Source: a virus (Duplodnaviria; Heunggongvirae; Uroviricota; Caudoviricetes). From it: a stretch of 64,000 nt of DNA. Where the stretch lies: positions 60,652-124,651 of IMG/VR virus record IMGVR_UViG_2690315748_000001; one strand, 5' to 3'. Of the stretch, positions 28,271-37,695 are shown in pieces. The notes beneath the pieces were generated by a model. The model did not search any database. It worked only from the letters and a program-made list of their open reading frames with translations, and was not told the DNA's origin. Within the stretch, counting starts at the first letter, position 1. Every line of letters starts with the position of its first letter. The position numbers and the translations under genes are program-made.

Positions 28271-29563
28271 ATGCAGACTGTGATGGAAATATTTAGGGAG
28301 ATTAAAGAAACATCAAGCAGAACAGGCAAGGAAGCTATTCTAAAAGCAAATGTTGATAATCAAGATTTTCGTAAAATTTTGGAGTTTCTCTACAATCCAT
28401 TCGTCCTGACAGGAATTAAAGCAAAGAAGTTACAGAAGTTCTCTGATTATAACGCTCATCACATTCAATTTTTTAATGTTTTTGAAGCTATTAACTTCAT
28501 CGTTAAGAATAATACAGGTCGAGATGAAGATGTTAAGGCGATTGCTAACTTCATTAATAGTCGCACAGGTGAAGTTCATGATTTCCTCCAAGATATGTTC
28601 ACGAAGGATTACAAGTGTGGCATCACTGCCAGTACGATCAACAAGGTATATGGCAAGGGAACAATCCCTGAGTTCGATGTATTGCTTGCTAAAGCGTACA
28701 AAGATCATGGTCATAAGCTAAAAGGTCGCTTCTACATTACGTTAAAACTTGATGGAATCCGATGTGTTGCGATTAAGAAGAATGGTGTAGTTCAGTTCTT
28801 CACTCGTCAAGGTCAACCTATTGACGATCTGGTTGATATTGAGGATGAGATTACACGCAACTTCCCTGACAACTTCGTTTACGATGGAGAATTGCTTCTG
28901 AAAAATCCTCTTGGACTGCCAAGTGATACTCTGTTCCGAGCAACGCAGAAAGTTGTTCGGAAGGATGGAGTCAAGAAGGACTTAGAGTTCCATGTATTTG
29001 ATGGACTTCCAATTGATGAGTTTATGGAAGGAAAGTCTAAGCTGACATATGAGCAACGTAGATCAGAATTGGATAGTGGGATATTCAGTACAAGCCATGA
29101 ACATGTACATTATCTGCCGATCCTTTACGTGGGTGAAGATAAGACTGTTATCAGTGATATCCTAGCAGAAGTTGTCTCATTGGGTCATGAAGGTCTGATG
29201 ATTAATACAGCCAAAGGACACTATGTAACCAAACGATCTGATGTGTTATTAAAGGTTAAAGAGATGCACACAGTTGACCTGAAAGTCCTTGGACTTGAAG
29301 AGGGTAGTGGTAAGTATAAAGGTACTCTAGGCGCTATCATCGTAGATTACAAAGGGTACGAAGTTAGAGTTGGTTCTGGATTCACCGATCCCGAACGAAA
29401 CATGCTGTGGAACACTAAAAATATCAAGGAATTGAGTCTTGTAAATAAGATAGCTGAAATTCAATATTTCGAGGAATCGACAAATCAGGATGGCGGTATC
29501 TCGCTGAGATTCCCTGTATTTTTACGCATCAGAGATGACAAGACGGAGCCTAGTCTACATTGA
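28271..29563 (+). CDS. ATP-dependent DNA ligase
   Basis: Adenylation motif I KLDGIRC (KxDG) plus downstream nucleotidyltransferase/OB region; 430 aa. Confidence 0.75.
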   Translation: MQTVMEIFREIKETSSRTGKEAILKANVDNQDFRKILEFLYNPFVLTGIKAKKLQKFSDYNAHHIQFFNVFEAINFIVKNNTGRDEDVKAIANFINSRTGEVHDFLQDMFTKDYKCGITASTINKVYGKGTIPEFDVLLAKAYKDHGHKLKGRFYITLKLDGIRCVAIKKNGVVQFFTRQGQPIDDLVDIEDEITRNFPDNFVYDGELLLKNPLGLPSDTLFRATQKVVRKDGVKKDLEFHVFDGLPIDEFMEGKSKLTYEQRRSELDSGIFSTSHEHVHYLPILYVGEDKTVISDILAEVVSLGHEGLMINTAKGHYVTKRSDVLLKVKEMHTVDLKVLGLEEGSGKYKGTLGAIIVDYKGYEVRVGSGFTDPERNMLWNTKNIKELSLVNKIAEIQYFEESTNQDGGISLRFPVFLRIRDDKTEPSLH

Positions 29564-29805
29564 TGAAGGCAGAGATTCGCAAGGAAAGACTGCGGTTGTT
29601 GTCGGAAATAGACACCATAGAGAAAGCTTGTGAAGGTTGCCCAACACGCGCTCATTTCAACAACCTGAAAGACGCTACAGGGTTAATTCAAGCCTGTAGA
29701 GAGTGTCCTGTATTTGCTGATTTAAGTCAGTATGGTGAGAGGTTATTGAAGTTGTCTGAACCGAGAAAAAAGATATCTATAGGAACCGAAGAAAGTATTG
29801 ACTAG
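29560..29805 (+). CDS. hypothetical Cys-containing protein
   Basis: CEGCP ... CRECP. Confidence 0.35.
   Translation: MMKAEIRKERLRLLSEIDTIEKACEGCPTRAHFNNLKDATGLIQACRECPVFADLSQYGERLLKLSEPRKKISIGTEESID
29781..29803 (+). repeat. Repeated motif copy aggaaccgaagaaagtat followed by TTGACT
   Basis: Read directly. Confidence 0.65.
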
Positions 29806-29862
29806 ATGTAAAAACAATGATAAGATATTAAATATAAGGCGGTCGTGATAAAGAATCATTCA

Positions 29863-29882
29863 AGGAGCCGAAGAAAGTACTA
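29863..29882 (+). repeat. Repeated motif copy aggagccgaagaaagtacta (second copy 80 bp after the first, upstream of dUTPase)
   Basis: Exact consensus. Confidence 0.7.
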
Positions 29883-29900
29883 TTAACTGGAGGAATGTAA

Positions 29901-30641
29901 ATGTCAACACAAAACACAGCAAAGCGATACTATAAGGTTGAAGAAACAGTTTGGGTGAAACCTGAAAGCAAGCTTGGAGTAATTAAGGAACTGAAAATTG
30001 ATCCAAAGTTAAATATTTATGAAGCTATCGTTCATTTGATTGACCCAAGAGGGGAAGAGTACACCAGCGATGTTATCAAAGTAAACCTTTGGGAAATTGA
30101 TAAGAACAAGAAGGCTCAGTTTAAGGTGAAAGAGAAGGGCTATGTGAAGCAAAAGAAACCGACTATTCTTTTTGCAAAGGTAGCTGAGGATGCGATTATT
30201 CCATCGAAGATCGAAGAGAATGCTGGATACGATATCTATGCAAACTTTGAGAATGAGTTCCTTACATTTGCACCTCATGAAACAAAGCTTGTTCCAACTG
30301 GCATTGCGTCTAGTGTGACAAAAGAATATACTCTTGTCGCTAAAGAGCGTGGTTCTACTGGTAGCAAAGGAATGGGATTGCGAGCAGGGGTTGTTGACTC
30401 TGGATATCGCGGTGAAATCTTCATTGGAATGACGAATGAGAACGACAAAACTCTGGTAATCGCAAAGAACCCTGAGCTGTTCGATGCAGAAAAAAACATC
30501 GTGTATCCTTATGCGAAAGCAATTGCTCAACTTCTTCTCCTTCCAGTTATCGACGCGTATGTGAAAGAGATTCCCCTTGAATCACTTCAAGCAATCCCTT
30601 CTGTTCGCGGTAAAGGCAAAGTAGGGTCTTCTGGTAAATAG
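29901..30641 (+). CDS. dut: dUTP diphosphatase (dUTPase) with N-terminal extension
   Basis: AGYDIYA, GVVDSGYRGEI, trimeric dUTPase motifs; about 90-aa extra N-terminal domain. Confidence 0.7.
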   Translation: MSTQNTAKRYYKVEETVWVKPESKLGVIKELKIDPKLNIYEAIVHLIDPRGEEYTSDVIKVNLWEIDKNKKAQFKVKEKGYVKQKKPTILFAKVAEDAIIPSKIEENAGYDIYANFENEFLTFAPHETKLVPTGIASSVTKEYTLVAKERGSTGSKGMGLRAGVVDSGYRGEIFIGMTNENDKTLVIAKNPELFDAEKNIVYPYAKAIAQLLLLPVIDAYVKEIPLESLQAIPSVRGKGKVGSSGK

Positions 30642-30646
30642 CGTTA

Positions 30647-30684
30647 AGGAGCTAAAGAAAGTACTAACGGGGAGTTCGCTCCCC
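30647..30684 (+). repeat. Variant motif copy aggagctaaagaaagtacta followed by GGGGAG-ttcg-CTCCCC hairpin
   Basis: Read directly after dUTPase stop. Confidence 0.55.
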
Positions 30685-30714
30685 TTAAATTATGCTTATG
30701 AGGTGAAACAACGA

Positions 30715-31008
30715 ATGACAATTACGAGGGGAACAAAACGAAACTCGTATCGCATCACCAAGAAGACATTGGGGGAAAGGCAAACCCAAGTATTAAATGA
30801 GCTGATGCTACATCCAGATGGTGTGACAGCTAGTGAATTAGCTCTAAGTATGTGGGATAAGGGATTCTTCGTAATGCCTGACAGAAACAATGTTCATCCA
30901 CGATTGAATGAACTTGTCGAACTAATGTTAGTCGAAGTCACTGGTAAACGATCTTGTAGCGTAACTAACAGGACTGTCGCAGTTTACCAAGTAAAGGGAG
31001 AGATTTAA
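30715..31008 (+). CDS. hypothetical protein
   Basis: GAGGTG RBS then ATG 30715. Confidence 0.4.
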   Translation: MTITRGTKRNSYRITKKTLGERQTQVLNELMLHPDGVTASELALSMWDKGFFVMPDRNNVHPRLNELVELMLVEVTGKRSCSVTNRTVAVYQVKGEI

Positions 31009-31009
31009 T

Positions 31010-31261
31010 ATGGCAAGAATCACAGTCAAATCAAGAAGTCGAATTGATGCAAGGTTTACACAAGCGGAGATCAACACTCTAACTATCGCACTTGCATTGC
31101 TGGACATTGAAACAATGGAGACAGAGCTAAAAGAACAAGGAATCGACTTTTCTAAGGCTGAGTACGACCACTTGACTTTGTTCAAGAAACTAACAGATGT
31201 AACAGGTTTATATCCTCAAGTACAGCTTGATGATCAACCACAGGAGGATGAGACAACATGA
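31010..31261 (+). CDS. hypothetical protein
   Basis: ORF in array. Confidence 0.4.
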   Translation: MARITVKSRSRIDARFTQAEINTLTIALALLDIETMETELKEQGIDFSKAEYDHLTLFKKLTDVTGLYPQVQLDDQPQEDETT

Positions 31262-31452
31262 AGATTTGTGGAGTTTGCAAGGGTTCAGGAGCTCTAAATC
31301 AAGACATTTGTGAAGCATGTGATGGCGAAGGTATTGATAGCAATTCGACATTCGCAGTGGGCAAGGTTCAACGCCGAAAGAGTGCAGAGTTCGAGGTCGA
31401 ACAGAAGAAGGTCAAGTTTGACAAGAAAAATGCAAGTAGGAGTGAAGCTTAA
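31258..31452 (+). CDS. hypothetical zinc-ribbon protein
   Basis: CGVCKGSG ... CEACDGEG. Confidence 0.4.
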   Translation: MKICGVCKGSGALNQDICEACDGEGIDSNSTFAVGKVQRRKSAEFEVEQKKVKFDKKNASRSEA

Positions 31453-31589
31453 TGTTCTACATTATGTTCTGGCTTGTAGCAGTAGCTTTTTTCATTTTGC
31501 TGATCGCTGGTGGAGCGCACAAGAAGGTTCAGGATAAAACAACTAAATTCATTGAAAAAATCTTCGAAGACGAAAAGGAGAATGTATAA
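31452..31589 (+). CDS. small membrane protein (45 aa), not in ORF track; NfeD-like partner candidate of the SPFH protein
   Basis: TAATG overlap with upstream stop; hydrophobic FYIMFWLVAVAFFILLIAGGA; directly precedes band-7 gene. Confidence 0.4.
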   Translation: MFYIMFWLVAVAFFILLIAGGAHKKVQDKTTKFIEKIFEDEKENV

Positions 31590-32414
31590 ATGAGTAAACG
31601 TATCGTAGGTATCGCAGGGGTTGGAGCGGCAGTGATTATCGGTGGAATTTTCACGCTTATGTCTTTAACTACCATTGATCAAGGACATGTAGGTGTTATT
31701 TACAACCGAAATGGTGGTGTAGAAAACCAAACATTGCCACAAGGTATGCACTTGATATCTCCAATGAAGAAGGTTACTCAATATCCTGTAGCTCTAGAAA
31801 CAGTTGAATATAAAGATGTTCAACTCGCTACAAAAGATGGTAAACCCCTCACAATGGGTATGACATTCAACTATATGAATGACCCTACCGAAGTTGTTGA
31901 TATTTTCAACAAATTTAAGGGTGCAAAACCAGAGGATATCGAACAATCCTTTATCCTTTCTCGAATCAAGGAAGCTGCGCTATCTGTAACATCTAAATAT
32001 ACAATTCTCGAAATCTTCCAAAACCGCGAACAGATCAAAATTGAGATTTCTAAAGAATTTACTGAGGACATGAAAAAGCAAGGTTTCACTGTTACTGACT
32101 TTGTTCTTGGTACGCCAACTCCTGACCAAAGTACAGCTAAAGCAATTCAAGCAGTTGTAGACGCTCAACAGCAACTTGAAGCGCTAAAAGTTGAGAAGCA
32201 AAAAGCTAAAGAAGTTGCCGAAAAACAAAAGATTGAAGCAGAGGGTAAAGCACAAGCAGCTATTGCAGAAGCAAAAGGTACAGCAGAAGCCAATCGTCTA
32301 ATGCAGCAATCCATCACTCCTGAACTTCTGAAAAAAATGGAGATGGAAGCACGTATGAAGTGGGGATGGGTCACTATCCAAGGTGCTAATGCTGTCGTAA
32401 CTGAAAAGAAGTAA
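31590..32414 (+). CDS. SPFH/band-7 (stomatin/prohibitin/HflK-like) membrane protein
   Basis: N-terminal TM helix, SPFH core, C-terminal Ala/Glu/Lys coiled coil. Confidence 0.65.
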   Translation: MSKRIVGIAGVGAAVIIGGIFTLMSLTTIDQGHVGVIYNRNGGVENQTLPQGMHLISPMKKVTQYPVALETVEYKDVQLATKDGKPLTMGMTFNYMNDPTEVVDIFNKFKGAKPEDIEQSFILSRIKEAALSVTSKYTILEIFQNREQIKIEISKEFTEDMKKQGFTVTDFVLGTPTPDQSTAKAIQAVVDAQQQLEALKVEKQKAKEVAEKQKIEAEGKAQAAIAEAKGTAEANRLMQQSITPELLKKMEMEARMKWGWVTIQGANAVVTEKK

Positions 32415-32428
32415 TACATTAATTTCGA

Positions 32429-32460
32429 TAAAGCCCACTATAGAAAGGTGGGCTTTTCTA
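32429..32460 (+). terminator. Rho-independent terminator
   Basis: aaagcccac-tatagaaag-gtgggcttttc. Confidence 0.6.
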
Positions 32461-32474
32461 CTAGGAGGTTTTAC

Positions 32475-32633
32475 ATGAAAAAAGTGACTAAAAGAAGATT
32501 ATCAGTGTTTGCATTCTACTTTTTTGTTTTCGTGTCGCTTGTGCAGGGCGTGTATCCATACAGCATTCCTCCTGCGATCCTTGAAGAAACCAAAGATCAC
32601 ACACCACATCCGAAAGTAGTGAAACGAAAATGA
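32475..32633 (+). CDS. small membrane protein
   Basis: ATG 32475 after AGGAGG; hydrophobic segment. Confidence 0.4.
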   Translation: MKKVTKRRLSVFAFYFFVFVSLVQGVYPYSIPPAILEETKDHTPHPKVVKRK

Positions 32634-33466
32634 ATAAATCTGATAGATATTTCCTAACCAATCTGGACTTGATTCTTGAATATGGTAGTGAGGATGTAAA
32701 CCCAAGACCAAAGTATGAAGATGGAACTCCTGCTCATACAATCTACATTACACAGGTATTTGAAAAGTACGATCTAACTGATAACGAATTTCCTATCACA
32801 ACACTTAGACCTATTCCGATCAAAAATGGGATCAAAGAGGTTCAATGGATTTATCAAGATCAGTCTTCCGACCTGTCCAGATTAGAAGGGGAGTATGGGA
32901 TTAAATGGTGGCGACCATGGAATATTGGTGATGGCACAATTGGTCAAAGATATGGAGCAACAGTCAGGAAATATGATTTGATGAACAACCTTCTGAAAGG
33001 TCTTCTTAATGACCCGTTTGGTCGAAGACATATTATATCTCTTTGGCAAGAAGACGACTTTAACGAATCAGAAGGATTGCTACCTTGTGCGTTCCAAACA
33101 ATTTTCTCTGTTCGAAGAAAAAATGGTTACATGTATTTGGACATGACACTTATTCAACGTAGCTCAGACTATCTGGTAGCTGGTCACATTAACAAAATGC
33201 AATATGTAGCGTTTCAGATGATGATTGCTAAACACTGTGGCTATGAAGTAGGGACATTTGCTCATTTTGTTCAGAACCTTCATATATATGATCGTCATAT
33301 CGAACAGGCAGGAGAGATTCTTTGGAGAGATGCTTCAAAGAAAAACCCAATTTTGCAGCTTAACGTTCCTGATGGGACTAACTTCTATGATATTAGCGCG
33401 AAGCACTTCGAACTGATTGACTATGAGCCAGTCGAACCACAATTGAAATTTGAGTTAGGAGTGTGA
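32630..33466 (+). CDS. thyA: Thymidylate synthase-family protein (ThyA-like; active-site region PCAFQ instead of canonical PCH)
   Basis: FPITTLR, DPFGRRHIISLW, LLPCAFQ, QRSSDYLVAGHINKMQY align to ThyA core; followed by DHFR. Confidence 0.65.
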   Translation: MNKSDRYFLTNLDLILEYGSEDVNPRPKYEDGTPAHTIYITQVFEKYDLTDNEFPITTLRPIPIKNGIKEVQWIYQDQSSDLSRLEGEYGIKWWRPWNIGDGTIGQRYGATVRKYDLMNNLLKGLLNDPFGRRHIISLWQEDDFNESEGLLPCAFQTIFSVRRKNGYMYLDMTLIQRSSDYLVAGHINKMQYVAFQMMIAKHCGYEVGTFAHFVQNLHIYDRHIEQAGEILWRDASKKNPILQLNVPDGTNFYDISAKHFELIDYEPVEPQLKFELGV

Positions 33467-33470
33467 TTAT

Positions 33471-33707
33471 ATGACGTGGATAGGATGCATTGCGTATCTG
33501 ATAATTGGTTTTTGGTTTCTATTCATTATTAAAGGTTATGGTAACATCTTACCACCAATGCGATTTGTTCCTGCTGATAATGGTGGATACAAGCTCAAAG
33601 AGTGGATTCCAATGCCATTATGGTTGTGGAACGTTGTACTGACGGTCATTTGGCTCCCATATATTATTTATTACTTAATTATGATTCTCAAAGAGTTTAA
33701 ACTATAA
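33471..33707 (+). CDS. small membrane protein
   Basis: Two hydrophobic helices. Confidence 0.4.
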   Translation: MTWIGCIAYLIIGFWFLFIIKGYGNILPPMRFVPADNGGYKLKEWIPMPLWLWNVVLTVIWLPYIIYYLIMILKEFKL

Positions 33708-33718
33708 GGAGAATAGAT

Positions 33719-34246
33719 ATGAAGGAAGTAATCGCAATAACAGCAATGGACGAAAATAATGCAATTGGCAAGGACAACAAACTACTTTGCACTCTAAAAG
33801 ACGACATGGAATACTTTCGATCAGTGACCGAGGGACACATTGTTGTCATGGGAAGGAACACATATCGGAGTATTGGCAGACCTTTGCCGAACAGGATCAA
33901 TATAATCCTGACCAAAGATAAAAACTTTCCTATTCCTAAATGCCTTGGATGTAGAGTCATGCATTCAGTGAGCGAAGTGTTAAGCTTTCATAGCAATCTG
34001 AACAACGATAAAGATATGTTCATTATAGGTGGAGAACAGGTATACGAGTCGTTTCTGCCATACTGCAACAAGCTTATCGTGAGTCATATACTGGCATCTT
34101 TCGATGACGTTGATGCACACTTTCCAGAGGTAGACTGGACAAAATGGGAGCCTATAGGTCATCCATTAGGTGAAGAAGGATGGGTTTCTGCCGATGATCG
34201 GAATGAATATGCATTCAGTACAGTTATATATAGGAAGACCGTCTAA
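33719..34246 (+). CDS. folA: Dihydrofolate reductase
   Basis: VIAITAMDENNAIGKDNKLLC ... MGRNTYRSIG ... typical DHFR. Confidence 0.8.
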   Translation: MKEVIAITAMDENNAIGKDNKLLCTLKDDMEYFRSVTEGHIVVMGRNTYRSIGRPLPNRINIILTKDKNFPIPKCLGCRVMHSVSEVLSFHSNLNNDKDMFIIGGEQVYESFLPYCNKLIVSHILASFDDVDAHFPEVDWTKWEPIGHPLGEEGWVSADDRNEYAFSTVIYRKTV

Positions 34247-34272
34247 CAGGGGAGTAATCCCCTGTTTTTTAT
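34246..34272 (+). terminator. Rho-independent terminator
   Basis: caggggagtaatcccctg + TTTTTT. Confidence 0.75.
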
Positions 34273-34293
34273 TTAAAATTATCCTAACAACCG

Positions 34294-34323
34294 TTGACAA
34301 GGAACCGAAGAAAGTACTATAAT
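34294..34323 (+). promoter_or_regulatory. Consensus promoter TTGACA-17-TATAAT with repeated-motif spacer
   Basis: ttgacaaggaaccgaagaaagtactataat. Confidence 0.7.
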
Positions 34324-34361
34324 GAATACATAAGTTAAATGAATGGAAGGGGGCAACTAAG

Positions 34362-35042
34362 TTGGGCAAAACGAGAGAGCGGCGTTATGCAAAACCGATA
34401 GGCGAATATGAGAAACAATTTAATATACATATTCGCGAGATGATAGAAATGATTAAGCACGAACGAGTGAAAACCAATTTGTATGTAAAAGCAGTAAAGT
34501 TGTCAGCCCACGCTTTTGCGCGAATGGAAGAACACTTTGATATTTCTAATCTTGCTACAGCAACAAAGCTGGCGAAAGATATGTTGAAACACGCTGTTCG
34601 AATTGGCACAGTGTTGTCCTACGATGGTCGTATCAATGTCTTGTATGCTTATCGACAAACAGCATTCTTCCTGTCTCCTGACTTGAAGACAGTAGTAACA
34701 GTCAACAAGTTTCAAAAAGTTTCTTACAAACCATTCATGAAGATCGCCAAAGAGGGTGCAGATCGTGACACATTGCTTGAAATGCACTTTAACCTTCTCC
34801 GTGAGATCGAACAGAAAGAAGAAGATCAAATTCGTCTGATTCTTTCAATTGAACAGAAGGTAAGAGAAGCGAATGAACAATGTACTACAATGTTGAAACT
34901 GATCAAAGGTGGAGGACGCAAGAGAAGCATCAAGCAACTCATATCCGAACAGAACCATCAATTAAAGATGGAAGGTCGTAAACTGTTTGATTTAAAAATT
35001 AAGAAACGTCATTTGTGTAAGTCTATTGTTTCCTTACATTAA
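34362..35042 (+). CDS. hypothetical protein (226 aa, TTG start)
   Basis: ORF with GGGGGCAACTAAG leader. Confidence 0.45.
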   Translation: MGKTRERRYAKPIGEYEKQFNIHIREMIEMIKHERVKTNLYVKAVKLSAHAFARMEEHFDISNLATATKLAKDMLKHAVRIGTVLSYDGRINVLYAYRQTAFFLSPDLKTVVTVNKFQKVSYKPFMKIAKEGADRDTLLEMHFNLLREIEQKEEDQIRLILSIEQKVREANEQCTTMLKLIKGGGRKRSIKQLISEQNHQLKMEGRKLFDLKIKKRHLCKSIVSLH

Positions 35043-35061
35043 GGAGCCGAAGAAAGTACTA
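35042..35061 (+). repeat. Repeated motif copy aggagccgaagaaagtacta abutting RBS
   Basis: Exact consensus; no promoter hexamers. Confidence 0.7.
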
Positions 35062-35077
35062 AGGAAAGGTGATATAA

Positions 35078-35383
35078 ATGAATACAGTAGAAGTAATGAC
35101 TAAAGAAATTGAAGTGAAACATATTGACATTACCAGAGAAGCGAAATTTATCTTTGGGGAAATTGTTGAACAGGCTTATATAGCAATGCCCAAATGGTCT
35201 GATGAACATGATTTCCTACGGAACAACAAGGTTGCCTGTGAAGTTGCGATTGAGCCAGAGGATGGTTATCCTGTGTTGGTTAAGTTCGGCAATGGTAAGG
35301 CTGTCAAACTTACTTCCTCGGAATGGGGTGGGGTTTACTCAATTACAGAAGACGATTATCTCAGAGATACATTCGCAGATTAA
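35078..35383 (+). CDS. hypothetical protein
   Basis: ORF. Confidence 0.4.
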   Translation: MNTVEVMTKEIEVKHIDITREAKFIFGEIVEQAYIAMPKWSDEHDFLRNNKVACEVAIEPEDGYPVLVKFGNGKAVKLTSSEWGGVYSITEDDYLRDTFAD

Positions 35384-35396
35384 AGGAGATGTGTAA

Positions 35397-35690
35397 ATGT
35401 TTTTGTTTTTCTTGTTTTGGATAGTATCCACAGTAATAGTGTTCTTCCTGCTATTTCTCATTTTTAATCTCGATGAGAAATATGCTTATGGATTAACAAG
35501 AAACTTGGTTGAAGATAAATGGGTGTTATTTTTGATCTTATCAATTATACCCTATATTCAGCTTGTTGTAGTCCTCTTTACGCTTGTAATCTTCGTCATC
35601 ATATGGATTTTAGAGATGATAGATGACTACGACTTAGATGGCGAGGATGTACTAAAAAAAATCTTCTTTATAAAGGATGAAAAGAATTAA
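35397..35690 (+). CDS. membrane protein (two TM helices)
   Basis: Hydrophobic FLFFLFWIVSTVIVFFLLFLIF. Confidence 0.4.
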   Translation: MFLFFLFWIVSTVIVFFLLFLIFNLDEKYAYGLTRNLVEDKWVLFLILSIIPYIQLVVVLFTLVIFVIIWILEMIDDYDLDGEDVLKKIFFIKDEKN

Positions 35691-36277
35691 TGACAACATA
35701 TCAGCAAGAGCGTGTAGGCGATTATATTCAAGTAAACTCTGGTCGAAGATTTTATGTACTCGATCCAAGAGCAGAAGACATTACGATGATTGATATCGCT
35801 CATGCTCTATCAAACTTGTGTCGATTCACTGGACATGGTGATCGCTTTTACTGTGTAGGAGAACATTCAATCCAATGTGCAAGGGTAGCGCGTAAGCTTG
35901 GATACTCCACACTGATCCAATTATATTGTCTTCTACATGATGGAAGCGAAGCAGTTGTGAACGACTTGGCACGACCTGTGAAACAGAATATTCCACAGTA
36001 CAAAGAGGTTGAAGATCGAATCATGGCAGTCGTTTGGGGAGTAGCTGGACTTCCGAGTCCTACAGAGGATGACTATAAAATAGTTAAGACCATAGACAAT
36101 ACGCTGTTGGTTAATGAAATGGAACAGTTGATGAAGCGTAGCGACATTCCTGACGTTGAACATGAAAAGGTATTTGTTGATCTGTCTGTTGGATACAATG
36201 CAGGAGAGTCTAAGATGCCTTTCTTGAATATGTATGTTTCACTGATGGAAGAGTTTATCGAAGGGATTGAAGTTTAA
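35690..36277 (+). CDS. HD-domain phosphohydrolase (YfbR-like 5'-deoxynucleotidase family)
   Basis: H..H and LLHDGSEA (HD) metal-binding motifs, about 195 aa. Confidence 0.6.
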   Translation: MTTYQQERVGDYIQVNSGRRFYVLDPRAEDITMIDIAHALSNLCRFTGHGDRFYCVGEHSIQCARVARKLGYSTLIQLYCLLHDGSEAVVNDLARPVKQNIPQYKEVEDRIMAVVWGVAGLPSPTEDDYKIVKTIDNTLLVNEMEQLMKRSDIPDVEHEKVFVDLSVGYNAGESKMPFLNMYVSLMEEFIEGIEV

Positions 36278-36278
36278 G

Positions 36279-36524
36279 ATGTATCAATGCTCACATCCCG
36301 ATTGCTCTCATGTTGCCGAGTTTATCACTAACATACATTGCGTTGATACTCATGGCAAATCAAAGGCGGCTATACATGCTGAATTTGGCAAACCAGAAAA
36401 GCTAGTTGTAAATGGCATTAAGCTCAGTCAGAACACTAAGCGAGAGAAAGAAACAAATCCCTTTGCAAGAAGAGGGAGCGGAAGAAGTGACGTACAAAGA
36501 CGAATGGATAGATACTACAGTTAG
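36279..36524 (+). CDS. hypothetical protein
   Basis: ORF; Cys/His-containing N-terminus. Confidence 0.35.
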   Translation: MYQCSHPDCSHVAEFITNIHCVDTHGKSKAAIHAEFGKPEKLVVNGIKLSQNTKREKETNPFARRGSGRSDVQRRMDRYYS

Positions 36525-36535
36525 GAGATAAAAGA

Positions 36536-36811
36536 ATGAGTAAACAAATGGCGAAAAAAGAAATACTCAATCTATACTCTTTGATGATAATGATTTCCGT
36601 TAGCAAGAATGGTGAATCTGTTATCGAAGCGACTGGATTTACAGAAGAAAACATGGATAAAATGATGCGTGTTCTCGTGAGTTCGTTCGATGAAGATGAA
36701 GTAAAGGCAAATAAGTATATTGTCAAAGAAGTAAATAAGCTTTTGAAAAAGCTTGATGATCATGAAGTGTCAGAGAACCAAAGAAAGTACTTTCCAAAAG
36801 GAGATAAATAA
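36536..36811 (+). CDS. hypothetical protein
   Basis: ORF. Confidence 0.4.
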   Translation: MSKQMAKKEILNLYSLMIMISVSKNGESVIEATGFTEENMDKMMRVLVSSFDEDEVKANKYIVKEVNKLLKKLDDHEVSENQRKYFPKGDK

Positions 36812-36813
36812 AA

Positions 36814-37170
36814 ATGAAAACATTTGCTACTGCTGAATTGCTAGACAAGTTGGATATTGGTCAACAGGCTGAGATGTTGGAGCCTGTAACAGATATTGTC
36901 ATAAAAAGAACTAATGATGGAATTGTCGTAGTGAAGGATGCAATGTCTTCCAAACACATTGGTCTTCCCTTACCGCTTTCACCAACAGTATTGAGAGCAA
37001 CTTGGAGATTGGAGCGTAAACAGATTAGCTTTGATCGAGCGCTCACCTATCTTCGTGTAGGCAGAAAGGTAAGTTGTGAATATGATAGTCAGCTTATAAC
37101 CTATGAAAGCCTGGGAGACATTATTTTCATTGCAGAAGCGGTTGATGGTAAATGGTATTTGGAGGAATAA
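36814..37170 (+). CDS. hypothetical protein
   Basis: ORF. Confidence 0.4.
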   Translation: MKTFATAELLDKLDIGQQAEMLEPVTDIVIKRTNDGIVVVKDAMSSKHIGLPLPLSPTVLRATWRLERKQISFDRALTYLRVGRKVSCEYDSQLITYESLGDIIFIAEAVDGKWYLEE

Positions 37171-37173
37171 CAA

Positions 37174-37695
37174 ATGGCGAAAGAGATTCATCTTTGGGGC
37201 GATGGCTCAAGCGTGAATAATGGAAAAGAAAAAGGTCTTGGTGGGTATGGATATACTCTCTTGTTCGGTGAATTTGAGGGTGTAGATATTAAGACAGAAT
37301 ATGGTGACAGAAATAAGATGCTTACAGGTTGGGATGGATTTACAAATACTACTAACCAAAAAGAGGAAATTAAAGCGATTATTTATGGACTAAAGCGTAT
37401 AAAGCCAAGCGCTTATAACATACCTATTCAAGTTTTTTCTGATTCAGCATATCTTGTGAATTGTATGAATGATCGTTGGTATGATCATTGGAGAACCCAT
37501 GACTGGAATACAAAAGGAAAGAAGCCTGTAGATAGTCCTGAATTATGGAAAGAATTATTGCAAATTATAGAGGATAATTTCTTGCGAATACACTTCAATA
37601 AAGTTAAGGGACATTCAAAAATATTTTATAACGAACAATGCGATAAGCTTGCAAGACAAGGCTTAGACAGAGCTAGAGAAATGGTGAGCCTATGA
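37174..37695 (+). CDS. rnhA: Ribonuclease H
   Basis: WGDGSS N-terminal catalytic Asp region; KGHS ... NEQCDKLA C-terminal RNase HI motifs. Confidence 0.65.
   Translation: MAKEIHLWGDGSSVNNGKEKGLGGYGYTLLFGEFEGVDIKTEYGDRNKMLTGWDGFTNTTNQKEEIKAIIYGLKRIKPSAYNIPIQVFSDSAYLVNCMNDRWYDHWRTHDWNTKGKKPVDSPELWKELLQIIEDNFLRIHFNKVKGHSKIFYNEQCDKLARQGLDRAREMVSL

Noticed and set aside
31310-31537. Alternative-frame ORF 31310..31537 overlapping the zinc-ribbon gene and the small membrane peptide
   Set aside because: No RBS and an Arg/Ser-rich low-complexity translation. The 31258..31452 and 31452..31589 ORFs have proper start contexts.
21022-36790. Weak matches to the early-promoter element inside coding sequence (21022 ctaaagaaagtac; 28241 gacaaagaaagtat; 36775 ccaaagaaagtac; 22487 ctaagaaagtat)
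   Set aside because: Too degenerate (core GAGCCGAAG missing). Counted only as possible decayed copies, not as family members.
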